Assembly: GCA_021781535.1 (NCBI GenBank)
Contig: JAJXWO010000011.1
Span: forward strand, 13,877 to 77,876
Reading direction: 5' to 3'
From: Deltaproteobacteria bacterium
GTDB taxonomy: Bacteria > Desulfobacterota > Desulfuromonadia > Geobacterales > Pseudopelobacteraceae
Length of the DNA stretch: 64,000 nucleotides
The stretch's first letter is position 1; each line of letters starts with the position of its first letter. This document shows positions 7,935 to 17,845 of the stretch, piece by piece. Under the pieces are notes generated by a model. It was not told the origin of the DNA, ran no database searches, and saw only the letters and a program-made list of their open reading frames with translations. The translations under genes and the position numbers were made by a program.

Positions 7935-10693
7935 GGTAAATCTGGTTTTTTATTACATAAGGAATTTCTAACCAGGGTTTCCCTCCTCCGCCTGATCCAT
8001 TTTTCACATTCGATCACACAATAGACAATAGTCGAAGCGCCAATTATCACCTCCCACTCCGTGAGACCGATCGGACGGCTGCCAAATGCGCTGTTCATCG
8101 CCGGCAGATAGGTGAACAGCATCTGTAGCAGCACCATGAGGCCGACTCCGGCCAGCACCCAGCGGTTGCTGAACAGGCCGATCCGGAACATCGAGTACCG
8201 TAGCGAGCGGCAGTTGAACAGATAGAATATCTCGCCAAACACAAATATATTGACCGCGCAGGTTCTCGCCTCCGCCAGATTGCTCCCCTGCCGCAACTGC
8301 CACTCGAACAGGCCGAATGATCCCGTGAGCAATAAAAAACCGACAAGTATGATGCGCATAATCAACTCACCGGTCAGCAACGGTTTACGGGGATCCAGGG
8401 GGGGGCGATTCATCAGCCCCGGTTCCTTTGGTTCAAAGGCAAGCATCAACCCCAGAAGCACTGCTGTGGTCATATTGATCCAGAGGATCTGCACCGGCGA
8501 TATCGGCAGCCGTACCCCGGCAAAGACTGCAGCCAGGATCACCAACCCCTCCCCCAGATTGGTCGGCAGCGTCCAGATTATAAACTTGACCAGATTATCA
8601 TAGACCCCGCGTCCCTCCTCAACTGCGGCCTCAATAGAGGAAAAGTTGTCATCGGTAAGCAGCATGTCAGCCGCCTCCCTGGCGACCTCGGTGCCTGATA
8701 TCCCCATGGCCACGCCGATATCGGCCTGACGCAGCGCCGGCGCATCGTTTACCCCATCGCCGGTCATGGCGACGATATGACCCCGTGCCTGGAGCGCCTC
8801 CACCAACCGCAGCTTTTGTTCCGGTGCCACCCGCGCAAAGACCTGAGTCCGTTCCGCCGCTTCAATCAGCTCGTCATCAGAAAGCTCTGCCAGTTCCCTG
8901 CCGGTCAGAGCCAATAGCTCATCATCGGTACTTTGTTCTCCGTAGAGACCGATCTGCCTGGCAATAGCTGCTGCGGTGACAGCATGGTCACCTGTTATCA
9001 TCTTGATCTTGATACCGGCATCCAGACAGACCTTGATCGCTCTGATCGCCTCTTCACGCGGTGGATCAATCATCCCCTGGAGACCCAGAAAGGTTAGCCC
9101 GCTACCCACAGAGCCATGCCCCAATTCCCCTGATAATCCGGCTGGTTCCAAACGGGCAAATGCCAGCACCCGCACGCCCTTTTCTGCCATATGCTCCGCC
9201 TGGCGGTGAATGTCATCCGGATCGAGAGGGTGCGTATCACCGTCTGCCGCCAGCATCACACTGCAGCGGGGGACAAGACTATCCAGCGCTCCTTTTAGAT
9301 ACACGACGGTACGTTCTCCGTCACCATGAAGCGTAGCCATATACTGATACTGAGATTCAAAGGGGATGGCATCCAACCGCGGGAGGTGCTGCAGCGATTC
9401 TGACCGTTGCAACCCTGCTTTTTGAGCGGCAACAACCAGGGCGGCTTCGGTCGGATCACCCTCTATCTGCCATTTGTTGTCAATATGGAGCAGATTCGCA
9501 TCGTTACACAACAGACCGGCCACCAGGCATTCGTGCAACGCCGGGTGTTTTTGGGGAGTAATGACGCTGTCGGTGCTGGTAAATACCCCCACCGGTTCAT
9601 ACCCGCCGCCGGAAAGATAAAAAAGCTCACCGCCTGCGTAAATTTGCTGCACGGTCATCTGATTCTGGGTCAGGGTTCCGGTCTTATCGGAGCAGATGAC
9701 CGTGGTACTTCCGAGGGTCTCCACCGCCGGAAGCTTACGGATGATGGCGTTACGCTGCGCCATCTTGTTGACGCCGATGGCAAGGGTGATGGTAACCGCC
9801 GCCGGAAGCCCCTCAGGAATAGCCCCCACAGCCAGGGCAACTGCTGCCATGAACATGTCCAGCCACCCTTCGCCGCGCAGAATCCCCACCGCAAAGGTGA
9901 CCGCTGCCAGTCCGAGGATGATGTAAAGCAGCAACGTGCTAAATTTGGCCAGTTTTTTAGTGAGAGGGGTTGCCAGGACGTTTGCGGAAGCGATGAGTTC
10001 ATTGATACGACCTATTTCGGAGCGATCGCCGGTAGCAGTAACCACGCCGGTGGCAACACCGTAGGTTACCAGAGTTGATGAGTAGACCATGTTTGTGCGA
10101 TCCGGGAGTTGTGTGTCAGCCGGGAGGATTGAACTTGATTTGTGCGCCGGCACCGATTCTCCGGTAAGCGCCGATTCGTCTATCTGCAGCTCACGTACGG
10201 TGAGCAGACGAAGATCAGCCGGCACTTTGTCCCCGGACTGGAGCAGCACGATATCACCGGGGACCAGTTCCACAGCTGAAACCTGCCGTCGTTCACCGTC
10301 CCGCATAACGGTTGCTGAACTGGTCATCATCCGGGACAATGACTCGATCGCCTTTACCGCCTTGGCCTCCTGGATGAAGCCAATAACAGCGTTTACCAAA
10401 ACTACCCCGTAGATGACCCCCGCATCAACCCATTCCCGCAGAAAACTGGTGATAATTGCTGAGGCCAGCAGAATATAGATCAACGGCTGATGAAACTGCA
10501 GCAGGAACAGCTTAAGCGAACCGGTTCCCTTTTTCTGCATAATCCGGTTGAAACCGAACTGCACGTGCCGAAGTTTTGCCTCAAAGCTGTCGAGCCCCTT
10601 TTCCTGAGAGGTTTCCAGTCGTTCAATCAGTTCCGCTTCCGTCAGGTGGTGCCACGGTTGATCGATATCCAGCGTCATTGATGTCCCTGTCAT
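7931..10693 (-). CDS. cation-transporting P-type ATPase (type II-like, Ca2+/cation class)
   Basis: 920-aa ORF with LTGESVP (actuator), SDKTGTLTQN (phospho-Asp), IPEGLPAAVT (M4) and MTGDGVNDAPAL (hinge). Confidence 0.9.
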   Translation of the reverse strand: MTGTSMTLDIDQPWHHLTEAELIERLETSQEKGLDSFEAKLRHVQFGFNRIMQKKGTGSLKLFLLQFHQPLIYILLASAIITSFLREWVDAGVIYGVVLVNAVIGFIQEAKAVKAIESLSRMMTSSATVMRDGERRQVSAVELVPGDIVLLQSGDKVPADLRLLTVRELQIDESALTGESVPAHKSSSILPADTQLPDRTNMVYSSTLVTYGVATGVVTATGDRSEIGRINELIASANVLATPLTKKLAKFSTLLLYIILGLAAVTFAVGILRGEGWLDMFMAAVALAVGAIPEGLPAAVTITLAIGVNKMAQRNAIIRKLPAVETLGSTTVICSDKTGTLTQNQMTVQQIYAGGELFYLSGGGYEPVGVFTSTDSVITPQKHPALHECLVAGLLCNDANLLHIDNKWQIEGDPTEAALVVAAQKAGLQRSESLQHLPRLDAIPFESQYQYMATLHGDGERTVVYLKGALDSLVPRCSVMLAADGDTHPLDPDDIHRQAEHMAEKGVRVLAFARLEPAGLSGELGHGSVGSGLTFLGLQGMIDPPREEAIRAIKVCLDAGIKIKMITGDHAVTAAAIARQIGLYGEQSTDDELLALTGRELAELSDDELIEAAERTQVFARVAPEQKLRLVEALQARGHIVAMTGDGVNDAPALRQADIGVAMGISGTEVAREAADMLLTDDNFSSIEAAVEEGRGVYDNLVKFIIWTLPTNLGEGLVILAAVFAGVRLPISPVQILWINMTTAVLLGLMLAFEPKEPGLMNRPPLDPRKPLLTGELIMRIILVGFLLLTGSFGLFEWQLRQGSNLAEARTCAVNIFVFGEIFYLFNCRSLRYSMFRIGLFSNRWVLAGVGLMVLLQMLFTYLPAMNSAFGSRPIGLTEWEVIIGASTIVYCVIECEKWIRRRRETLVRNSLCNKKPDLP

Positions 10694-10699
10694 CCCGGT

Positions 10700-10734
10700 A
10701 AATGAAAACGGCGAGAAGTTGCCTCCCCGCCGTT
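10700..10734 (-). terminator. hairpin downstream of nhaA (putative intrinsic terminator)
   Basis: On the minus strand the stem is AACGGCG...CGCCGTT (10734-10728 / 10713-10707), followed by TTTCATTT. It lies only 13 nt upstream of the ATPase start codon. Confidence 0.45.
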
Positions 10735-10805
10735 AATTCTACCGCATGCTACCGCTTTTTCAATTTTTTCGCGGTTCGTTCAGTTTAGCAGAGCATGGAT
10801 AGTGC

Positions 10806-11954
10806 TCACGTTCTTTTCACGACGCCGGTAATCTTTGCAAGAACAAGTGCCAGAGATGCCGCCGCCAAACTGAAAATAGCTCCCATTTTAGCGGCCCCCC
10901 GGATATTCGGATCGGTAAAGGCCTCACCGGCAACGAAGAGTGCTACCGTGAAACCGGTGCCGGCAATCATTCCGGCGGTCAGCAGGTCGACCAACTTCAT
11001 ACCTCGTGGCAAGCCAAAGCCGAGTCTGGATGCGAACCAGCCAAAGCCAAAGATACCGATGGTTTTACCTGCTAACAGAGATACAAACACCAGCCATGTG
11101 ACCGCCCCCATGTTTGAAAACTGTACGCCAGCATTGGAGAGGCTGAACATGAACAGGCCGAAGTCTACCACCACCTTCCATTCATGTTCAAATCTGGCGA
11201 GGGGGGTGCGATCGTTTCGGTCTTCATCAAACAGGTGTTTATGCTCCTTCTTGGCATGGGGTAGAAAAGGGATGATAAAGACCAATGCCAGCGCCGGATG
11301 AAGATGGGCGCGGTACAGACCGGACCAGCTCAAGCTCCCGCCGATTAACAGGTAGAGCCAGTAATTGCGTAGATTTGATCGCCGCATAAACCAGGCAATT
11401 CCCATACCAAGAACGATGAGTAGCAGCCATACTGGCTCGAAGGGCATGGTTGGGTTTGGGTAGAAAATGGCGATGATGCCCATACCTATGGCATCGTCAG
11501 TCACAGCCAGGAGCAGCAGGTATGATACAGCCGGGTGGTCCGCGCCGAAGATCATACGGGCGGCCAGCCAAGCCAGGGCTATGTCGGTGGCGGTAGGAAT
11601 ACCCCAGCCATTGTTCAGAGCCGCAGATCCAAACACGATATTCATGCACGTATAAACGACAACCGGTCCGATAACCCCACCCAGAGTTCCCAGCAGCGGG
11701 TTCACCGCATTTGAGACAGGATTCAGGTCGCCGCCCGGCAGAAAACTCTGTGTTATTTCAACGGCAGCAATGCCGAAGAAGAAAACCATGAACAGTTCGT
11801 TGGAAATGAAGTGGAACGAAAGTCCACCTATAAGGGGAGTACTATTGAAACTATGATATCCGGCAGGATCCAAATTAGCCCAGACAACGGCAAGAACGAC
11901 ACCTGCCAACAATGGTACGGAGAATTCTCTCAGCAAGTTAAGGCGATAACGCAT
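10806..11954 (-). CDS. nhaA: Na+/H+ antiporter NhaA
   Basis: 382-aa polytopic ORF. LLAVTDDAIGMGIIAIFY matches the NhaA Asp-Asp motif region, and the size and topology fit. Confidence 0.85.
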   Translation of the reverse strand: MRYRLNLLREFSVPLLAGVVLAVVWANLDPAGYHSFNSTPLIGGLSFHFISNELFMVFFFGIAAVEITQSFLPGGDLNPVSNAVNPLLGTLGGVIGPVVVYTCMNIVFGSAALNNGWGIPTATDIALAWLAARMIFGADHPAVSYLLLLAVTDDAIGMGIIAIFYPNPTMPFEPVWLLLIVLGMGIAWFMRRSNLRNYWLYLLIGGSLSWSGLYRAHLHPALALVFIIPFLPHAKKEHKHLFDEDRNDRTPLARFEHEWKVVVDFGLFMFSLSNAGVQFSNMGAVTWLVFVSLLAGKTIGIFGFGWFASRLGFGLPRGMKLVDLLTAGMIAGTGFTVALFVAGEAFTDPNIRGAAKMGAIFSLAAASLALVLAKITGVVKRT

Positions 11955-12173
11955 AAAATAGTATTCCTCTAAATTACAACAAACAGTTTCTAATACGATT
12001 ACGACTCATTTTCAGTATCATGTTTTGTCTGTTCTCTCCATTGAATCTGCCGGTGTTTGCATACCATATACTCCGCTGTCTGGATATAGCTGATTTAAAA
12101 CTGCGATTACCGTTCGTAACAACCAGCCACCATGGATGATTCACTACCGCTTACGCGCCTTGCCAAGCGCTAA

Positions 12174-12238
12174 ATAAAAAAAGGCAGTGGCTATATTAGT
12201 GCCACTGCCTTTCGGCTGCCGGAGAATTTCCGGCAGCC
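12174..12238 (-). terminator. tandem hairpins downstream of actP; the distal one is an intrinsic terminator
   Basis: Reading the minus strand, the first hairpin is GGCTGCCGGA-loop-TCCGGCAGCC (12238-12214). The second is AAGGCAGTGGC-loop-GCCACTGCCTT (12211-12181), followed by TTTTTATTT. Confidence 0.7.
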
Positions 12239-12262
12239 TGTCAAAATAAAAAGTATTAAGAA

Positions 12263-13975
12263 TTAGTGCTCAGCAGCTGCCTCTGCACCTAAACCAGTTT
12301 CGGCGCGAATCATCTGGGCATCAAATGCAGCACGCTCTTTTTTTGCACTCTCACTGCTATCAGTTACCGAAGCAACATACGCAACGATAAGCACCAAAGG
12401 CAGGACAACAAAGGTCGGGAAGTCATACGGGAAGATGGCCGGTCCGTTTCCGAGTACCTTAGTCCATACGGTCGGGCCGATGATCAACAATCCGATAGAG
12501 CCAAAGATGCCGGTATAACCGCCAAGCACTGCTCCGCGGGTGGTCAGTCCCTTCCAGAAAACTGACAGTACCAGTATCGGGAAGTTGGTGCAGGCGGCAA
12601 TTGAGAAGGTTAGCGCCACGATGTAGGCAACGTTCTGTTTCTCAAAGGCAATACCGAGGAGTACGGCAAGAATGCCCAGCCCGATAACACTCATCTTCGA
12701 TACCCAGACCTCTTTCTTCTCGTCCGCTTTACCCTTCATGATAACGCTCGCATAGATGTCGTGTGACAGGGCAGAGGCGCCTGCCAGCGTCAGTCCGGAT
12801 ACAACGGCAAGGATGGTTGCAAAGGCAACCGCTGCGATGAAGCCGAGGAAGAAGTTACCGCCGATGGCGTGCGACAGGTAAATAGCCGGCATGCTGCCGC
12901 CACCCTTCAGATCAAGGACGCTCTTGGTGACATTGACCACATACTCCGGATTGTTGGCAACGAGAATGATGGCGCCGAAACCAATGATGAAGGTCAGGAT
13001 GTAAAAATAGCCAATGAAGCAGGTACCGTACAGAACAGACTTGCGGGCAGCCTTGGAATCAGTTGTGGTGAAAAATCTCATCAGGATGTGCGGCAGGCCG
13101 GCAGTACCGAACATCAGCGTGAGACCCAATGAAATGGACTCGATGGGATTAGCCTTGGCGCCAATAGGCACTACCGACTGCATGATTTTTATACCTTTGG
13201 GATGAAGGGCCACGGCGTCGGAGAACAGTTTCGCAAAACTGAATCCTTCATGGTACATAACACCGAACGCCATACAGGACGCACCGCCTAACAGCAGGCC
13301 GGCCTTGATGATCTGTACCCAGGTTGTAGCCTTCATGCCGCCCAAAGTAACGTAGAGGATGATCAACACACCAACGATGACGATGGACAGCTTGTAGGAC
13401 ATTTGCGGCACAAGGGTGTGCAACAACTGACCTGCACCAACCGCCTGACCGATAAGGTACCAGATGACGACGATCAGCGAGCTTATGGCCGCCATGATGC
13501 GGATCGGCTTCTGCTGGAGACGGAAGGAAACCACGTCGGCGTAGGTGTATTTACCGAGGTTACGGAGTCGTTCAGCAACCAGGAACAGGATGATCGGCCA
13601 ACCGACCAACCAGCCGACCGAAAAGATCAGGCCATAGAAACCGTTGAAGTACACCAAGGCGGCGATACCCAGGAACGAGGCGGCCGACATGTAGTCGCCG
13701 GCAATAGCCATGCCGTTCTGCAAACCGGTGACGCCGCGGCCAGCTGCATAGAAGTCGGACGCAGTCTTGGTGTGGGTTGCAGCCCAGTAGGTGATGACCA
13801 GGGTGATGGCAACAAAGATAAGAAACATGATAATGGCATGCCAGTTAAGGGGCGGCGGTACTGCCGGTGCTGCCGCTGCTGGACCAGTATCAACAGTCAT
13901 GGCGTGGGCAAGATTTGAGGCACACAATGTAGTAAAAGCCAGCGTGGAGAGGAAAAATGCTTTAAATATTTTCAT
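12263..13975 (-). CDS. actP: cation/acetate symporter (sodium:solute symporter family, ActP-like)
   Basis: Long polytopic SSF-type ORF. I set the start at the internal Met ([25 protein letters not shown], signal-like) because its ATG overlaps the yjcH stop as ATGA (13972-13975). It is paired with a DUF485 gene, as in yjcH-actP. Confidence 0.9.
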   Translation of the reverse strand: MKIFKAFFLSTLAFTTLCASNLAHAMTVDTGPAAAAPAVPPPLNWHAIIMFLIFVAITLVITYWAATHTKTASDFYAAGRGVTGLQNGMAIAGDYMSAASFLGIAALVYFNGFYGLIFSVGWLVGWPIILFLVAERLRNLGKYTYADVVSFRLQQKPIRIMAAISSLIVVIWYLIGQAVGAGQLLHTLVPQMSYKLSIVIVGVLIILYVTLGGMKATTWVQIIKAGLLLGGASCMAFGVMYHEGFSFAKLFSDAVALHPKGIKIMQSVVPIGAKANPIESISLGLTLMFGTAGLPHILMRFFTTTDSKAARKSVLYGTCFIGYFYILTFIIGFGAIILVANNPEYVVNVTKSVLDLKGGGSMPAIYLSHAIGGNFFLGFIAAVAFATILAVVSGLTLAGASALSHDIYASVIMKGKADEKKEVWVSKMSVIGLGILAVLLGIAFEKQNVAYIVALTFSIAACTNFPILVLSVFWKGLTTRGAVLGGYTGIFGSIGLLIIGPTVWTKVLGNGPAIFPYDFPTFVVLPLVLIVAYVASVTDSSESAKKERAAFDAQMIRAETGLGAEAAAEH

Positions 13976-14310
13976 TTGGATGCCTCCCGAACGATTTCTG
14001 CAATAATTGGATCGAAGGTCTTGTTTGCCAGGTAAACATATATCCCTGTCGTTGCACATGAGGCCAGTATTACGCCGAGGCCGATCAGCATACCCATCGG
14101 AATGACGCTGCCGGGGGCAATGGGATTAGTGAGAATATCGGGGGCATACGCAATCATCAGGGTGAAACCGAAATACATAATGCAGACAATTGCCGAAAGA
14201 GACCAGCCAAGAGTATTGCGTGCATGGACCAATTTAAGATATTTTGGATTGTTTTGAATATTGCTTGCAATTAATAAAGACATATCTTTCTCCTTTTGGG
14301 ATGTATTCAA
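13972..14310 (-). CDS. yjcH: DUF485 (YjcH-like) small inner-membrane protein
   Basis: 112 aa with two hydrophobic helices. It sits immediately upstream of, and is translationally coupled to, the ActP-type symporter. Confidence 0.8.
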   Translation of the reverse strand: MNTSQKEKDMSLLIASNIQNNPKYLKLVHARNTLGWSLSAIVCIMYFGFTLMIAYAPDILTNPIAPGSVIPMGMLIGLGVILASCATTGIYVYLANKTFDPIIAEIVREASK

Positions 14311-14414
14311 ATCTTTTCCCTAACCAGCTTCTTGCACCGTAAACTGTGGGATTTGGTGCCTTAAATCATGTCTGTCTGCTTGCTGCTTATAGCTTTGGCA
14401 TTTCCTCCTTTCTG

Positions 14415-14430
14415 TGCGGGGTGGATGCCA
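14415..14430 (-). promoter_or_regulatory. weak candidate sigma-54 (-24/-12) promoter upstream of yjcH-actP
   Basis: The minus strand reads TGGCAT-ccacc-CCGCA, with GG-N10-GC spacing correct but the -12 element CCGCA instead of TTGCA. It lies about 105 nt upstream of the yjcH ATG. Confidence 0.2.
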
Positions 14431-14529
14431 GCCGACCCCTTACCCCTCTCTGCGGGCGGTTAATGGTTAGTTAGACTTGAACTTCGCCTCTATTGCTGAA
14501 AACGTGCTGCAAACAGTTACGCGGGCACA

Positions 14530-15279
14530 TTATGCGTACGCTCGCGTATAGCCAAACTTCATTGAGAGCTGCTCGGCCCCTTCCATCATGCAGGGGATTA
14601 CCTCTTTTTCAAGGCGATCCTGAAGCATGCGGAAAGATGGCGCCAGCAATGTCAGAGCACCGACAACCTTGCCTGCATAATCGCGAATGACAACCGCCAC
14701 GGCGCAGATCCCCTCACCCAGCCCGTTAAAATCAACAGCTACGCCCTTCCGGCGAATCTCTTCCAGTTCCTCTTCAAGCTCCTTTGAGTGTTGGATGCCG
14801 CGGCGTTTGAAGAGATCAATTGAACTGACCGACTTGATGACCTTACCGGCAGCATTGGATAAAATAGGAAAACGACGTCCGACAAGGTCAACCGCTTTGA
14901 TCTGCTGAAATGAATCGACCATATCAAGAAACAGCACCTCATCATTGTTCATAACCGTGATATAGACCGCCTCATCCAACTTGCGCACCAGCTCTACCAT
15001 GATCGGGTGGGCAAGCCTGATGAGATTGTCGCTCTTGAGGATATGCTGAGCCATCTCAAACGCTTGCAGTCCCAAGCAGTAAGTTCCCGTCAAACCATCT
15101 CTCTCCACCAGACCTTTGTCTTCTAATGTAGCGAGCAAACGAAAGGCCTTGTTATGACTTAAGTCGAGCTTTTTTTCGATAACCGCAATGGATGGGTTAT
15201 CTCCGTCCTGAGCAAGAGTTTCAAGCAGGTCAATAGCCTTGATAACCGCTTGAACCGAATACAGACCTTTCTCTCTCAT
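14530..15279 (-). CDS. IclR-family transcriptional regulator
   Basis: 249 aa. N-terminal winged HTH (AIDLLETLAQ...HNKAFRLLATLEDKGLVERD) plus a C-terminal IclR-type effector domain. Confidence 0.85.
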   Translation of the reverse strand: MREKGLYSVQAVIKAIDLLETLAQDGDNPSIAVIEKKLDLSHNKAFRLLATLEDKGLVERDGLTGTYCLGLQAFEMAQHILKSDNLIRLAHPIMVELVRKLDEAVYITVMNNDEVLFLDMVDSFQQIKAVDLVGRRFPILSNAAGKVIKSVSSIDLFKRRGIQHSKELEEELEEIRRKGVAVDFNGLGEGICAVAVVIRDYAGKVVGALTLLAPSFRMLQDRLEKEVIPCMMEGAEQLSMKFGYTRAYA

Positions 15280-15686
15280 GATTTATACCCCGATTGTATA
15301 AATAGCTTAGGTTAGCATCCCTATCTGACGGTGAGCAAAGAGCCAAAAGAGCAGTGATACGTAAATAAATGTTCCGTGTTGGGCGTTATAAGAAGCTTTC
15401 TGGAGTGATAAAGCGGGAGGAACCATGTTATGGGTGTTTTTTGATAAAAATCTAAATTCTGATATTGCCGGCACAGCAGAGAAACCTTGTTCTGGAAAAA
15501 GTGCACCCATAACCTTTTCATAGTGAACCTCCGTGCCATCTACAAAATATTTACTTCGCAATCAATTCAATAAAAAATAACTCCTGTGTATATATTAAAT
15601 TTATAATACAACGTTTCATAATTGTCAATATTATTATTTAAAGTAATATAACAATTTTTTTAACAGTATATACAGTCACTTATAAG

Positions 15687-15704
15687 TTGATACGCACGTA
15701 TCAA
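15687..15704. promoter_or_regulatory. perfect 8-2-8 palindrome (operator-like) in an AT-rich intergenic region
   Basis: TTGATACG-CA-CGTATCAA, read directly from the sequence, about 410 nt upstream of the iclR-family gene start. Its function is unknown. Confidence 0.35.
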
Positions 15705-16007
15705 TGGAAATATAATTAAGTGTATCACTGTTCTATTTTAGGACAAATTCTGAATATTCTGCGTTTAATATAACTTTATTTATACTCGTGTTTATTTAAT
15801 TGTCAAAAAATCAAATCGTAAGTAAAAGCATTTGATGGAAACTGTTAGATTTTGATGTAATCGTAGGGCATCAGGAAAAAGTATGATTATTTCGGTCTGA
15901 AGAAAAACACAGTTTAAACTGCGCTATCTGATCTCGCGTGGCACAGATAAAAGAGGAAGGTTGGGAGAATATTTATACGGGGTGATTAACAGCAAAAGGA
16001 TGGAACA

Positions 16008-16859
16008 TTACTTTACACGAGGGTCAAGTGCATCCCTGACGCCCTCTCCTAATAAATTATAGGCAAGCACCGTTACCAGAATGGCCAGGCCGGGAAAAAG
16101 CGACAACCACCAGGCAAATTCGATATAGTCCTTGCCGGAGGTGAGGATATTGCCCCAACTGGGGGTTGGTGGCTGGACACCAATACCAAGGAACGACAGG
16201 GCGGATTCTGTTAGAATCGCACCGGCAATACCCAGCGTTGCAGACACGAGCACCGGAGAAATCGCATTGGGGAGAATATGACGAAAAATAATTCTGGTAT
16301 TGGAGCAACCGATACATCGGGCGGCCAGAATATAATCCATTTCACGGATCGAGAGGGTTTCGGCCCGAACGAGCCGCGCCACCCCCATCCATCCGGTCAG
16401 GCCGATCACCATCATGATGTACCAGATCGATGGTTCCAGAAAAGTGATGACCGCCAAAATCAAAAAGAATGCCGGGAAACAGAGCATTATATCCACCAAC
16501 CTCATAAGTACGGCATCAACAAGACCGCTGTAATACCCTGATGCCAGCCCGACCACTGTTCCTATTGAAACGGCAATTCCAACCGCTACAAAACCGACCT
16601 TTAGTGATACTCGTGAGCCGTAGATAACGCGGCTGAAAACATCCCTCCCGAGTTCATCAGTACCAAACCAATGTTGCCATGAGGGCGGGGAAAGCACCTT
16701 CCAGGCATTTATTGCACCAGGATCATATGGAGAAATCAGCGGCGCAAGCAGCGAAATGACAAGAAGTGCCAGCACGATGCAGCCGCCACATAGTGCAAGA
16801 CGATTGCGCCTGAAACGCGGCCAGAAAATGGATATGAGATAGGAATGCTTTAAACCCAT
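16008..16859 (-). CDS. ABC transporter permease (DppC/OppC-like)
   Basis: Polytopic ORF with a binding-protein-dependent permease signature (ILAARCIGCSNTRIIFRHILPNA). I set the start at the ATG at 16859 (MGLKHSY...), just after the upstream gene's TAA and a GAAGGG Shine-Dalgarno-like (SD-like) sequence. Confidence 0.85.
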   Translation of the reverse strand: MGLKHSYLISIFWPRFRRNRLALCGGCIVLALLVISLLAPLISPYDPGAINAWKVLSPPSWQHWFGTDELGRDVFSRVIYGSRVSLKVGFVAVGIAVSIGTVVGLASGYYSGLVDAVLMRLVDIMLCFPAFFLILAVITFLEPSIWYIMMVIGLTGWMGVARLVRAETLSIREMDYILAARCIGCSNTRIIFRHILPNAISPVLVSATLGIAGAILTESALSFLGIGVQPPTPSWGNILTSGKDYIEFAWWLSLFPGLAILVTVLAYNLLGEGVRDALDPRVK

Positions 16860-16863
16860 AGTA

Positions 16864-17844
16864 TTACCCTTCACCATGCCGGATACGTGGATCGGCCACC
16901 GCATAGCATAGATCAGCAACAAGATTGCCAATCAATGTTAAAAAAGCGCCAATCACAAGAATCCCCATGACCACCGGATAGTCGCGTGACATAACCCCTT
17001 GATAAAAGAGCTGCCCCATCCCAGGTATCGCAAAAATAGTTTCAAAAATAACACTGCCACCGATCAAGCCGGGAATTGAGAAGCCGAACAGTGTGATCAA
17101 TGGAAGCAGTGCATTGCGCAAGGCGTGCTTATAAATCACTACCCGCTCGGGCAATCCTTTGGCACGGGCAGTGGTAATGTAATCCTGGTTGATAACATTC
17201 AGCATGGAAGAACGCATATAACGGGATAGCCCTGCGAGGCTGCCGAAAGAGGCAACCATGATCGGCATGATGAGATGCTTGACAAGGTCCCACAAATAGG
17301 GAAACGTTCCCCAGGAACTACTCCCCAGTGTATGCAGACCGGAGATCGGCAGCCATCCCAGCCTTACTCCGAAAAAATACATCAGCAGTAACGCCAGCCA
17401 GAAGGTCGGTACGGCAAAACCGACAAATACAAAAACAGTAATTCCTTTATCAAGCAATGAGTCACGCCGCGTAGCGGCAAGTACCCCAATCGGTATTGCC
17501 AGACCGAATTCGAGCAGCAGGGCGATCACGTTTAAAGAAATGGTGACCGGCAGACGCTCCTTGATCTTGTCGAGCACCGGACGGTTATCCGATGAAAACG
17601 AACGTCCCAGATCAAGCCGAACTATTTTGCCAACCCAGCTGAAGTACTGTTCATGCAGTGGTTTATCGAGTCCGTAAAACTTTGTGAGTCGATCTCTGGC
17701 ATCTTTGCCAACCTTGGGATTCATCGCCATCTGCATCTCAACCGGTTCGCCGGGTGCCAGATGAATCACGGAGAAGGTGATCAAGGTAATGCCGATCATC
17801 AGCGGAATCAGCATCAGGATACGTTTAAAAAGATAACGGCTCAT
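16864..17844 (-). CDS. ABC transporter permease (DppB/OppB-like)
   Basis: Polytopic ORF with the motif [27 protein letters not shown] set the start at the ATG at 17844 ([14 protein letters not shown]...), directly after the stop of the substrate-binding protein (SBP) gene. Confidence 0.85.
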   Translation of the reverse strand: MSRYLFKRILMLIPLMIGITLITFSVIHLAPGEPVEMQMAMNPKVGKDARDRLTKFYGLDKPLHEQYFSWVGKIVRLDLGRSFSSDNRPVLDKIKERLPVTISLNVIALLLEFGLAIPIGVLAATRRDSLLDKGITVFVFVGFAVPTFWLALLLMYFFGVRLGWLPISGLHTLGSSSWGTFPYLWDLVKHLIMPIMVASFGSLAGLSRYMRSSMLNVINQDYITTARAKGLPERVVIYKHALRNALLPLITLFGFSIPGLIGGSVIFETIFAIPGMGQLFYQGVMSRDYPVVMGILVIGAFLTLIGNLVADLCYAVADPRIRHGEG

Positions 17845-17845
17845 A

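Noticed and set aside
13976-14059. N-terminal extensions in the ORF track: actP (MCNDRD..., 28 extra codons), secA (35671-35805), ispE (27527-27583), lpxC (26672-26707), prs, rplY, the two PilZ genes, the Dpp permeases and DUF327.
   Set aside because: The extensions lack homology to the family N-termini, overlap upstream genes or AT-rich promoters, and have no SD sequence. Internal ATGs give canonical N-termini, usually with an SD sequence or a start/stop overlap.
15307-15561. An 84-aa minus-strand ORF (TTG start) ending 27 nt upstream of the IclR gene, plus the overlapping 72-aa ORF at 15321-15539.
   Set aside because: The nearest AGGAG is about 19 nt from the TTG, too far for an SD sequence. 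No family resemblance is evident and two frames are open in the same stretch. I cannot exclude a real small protein, so see the finding on the AT-rich gap.
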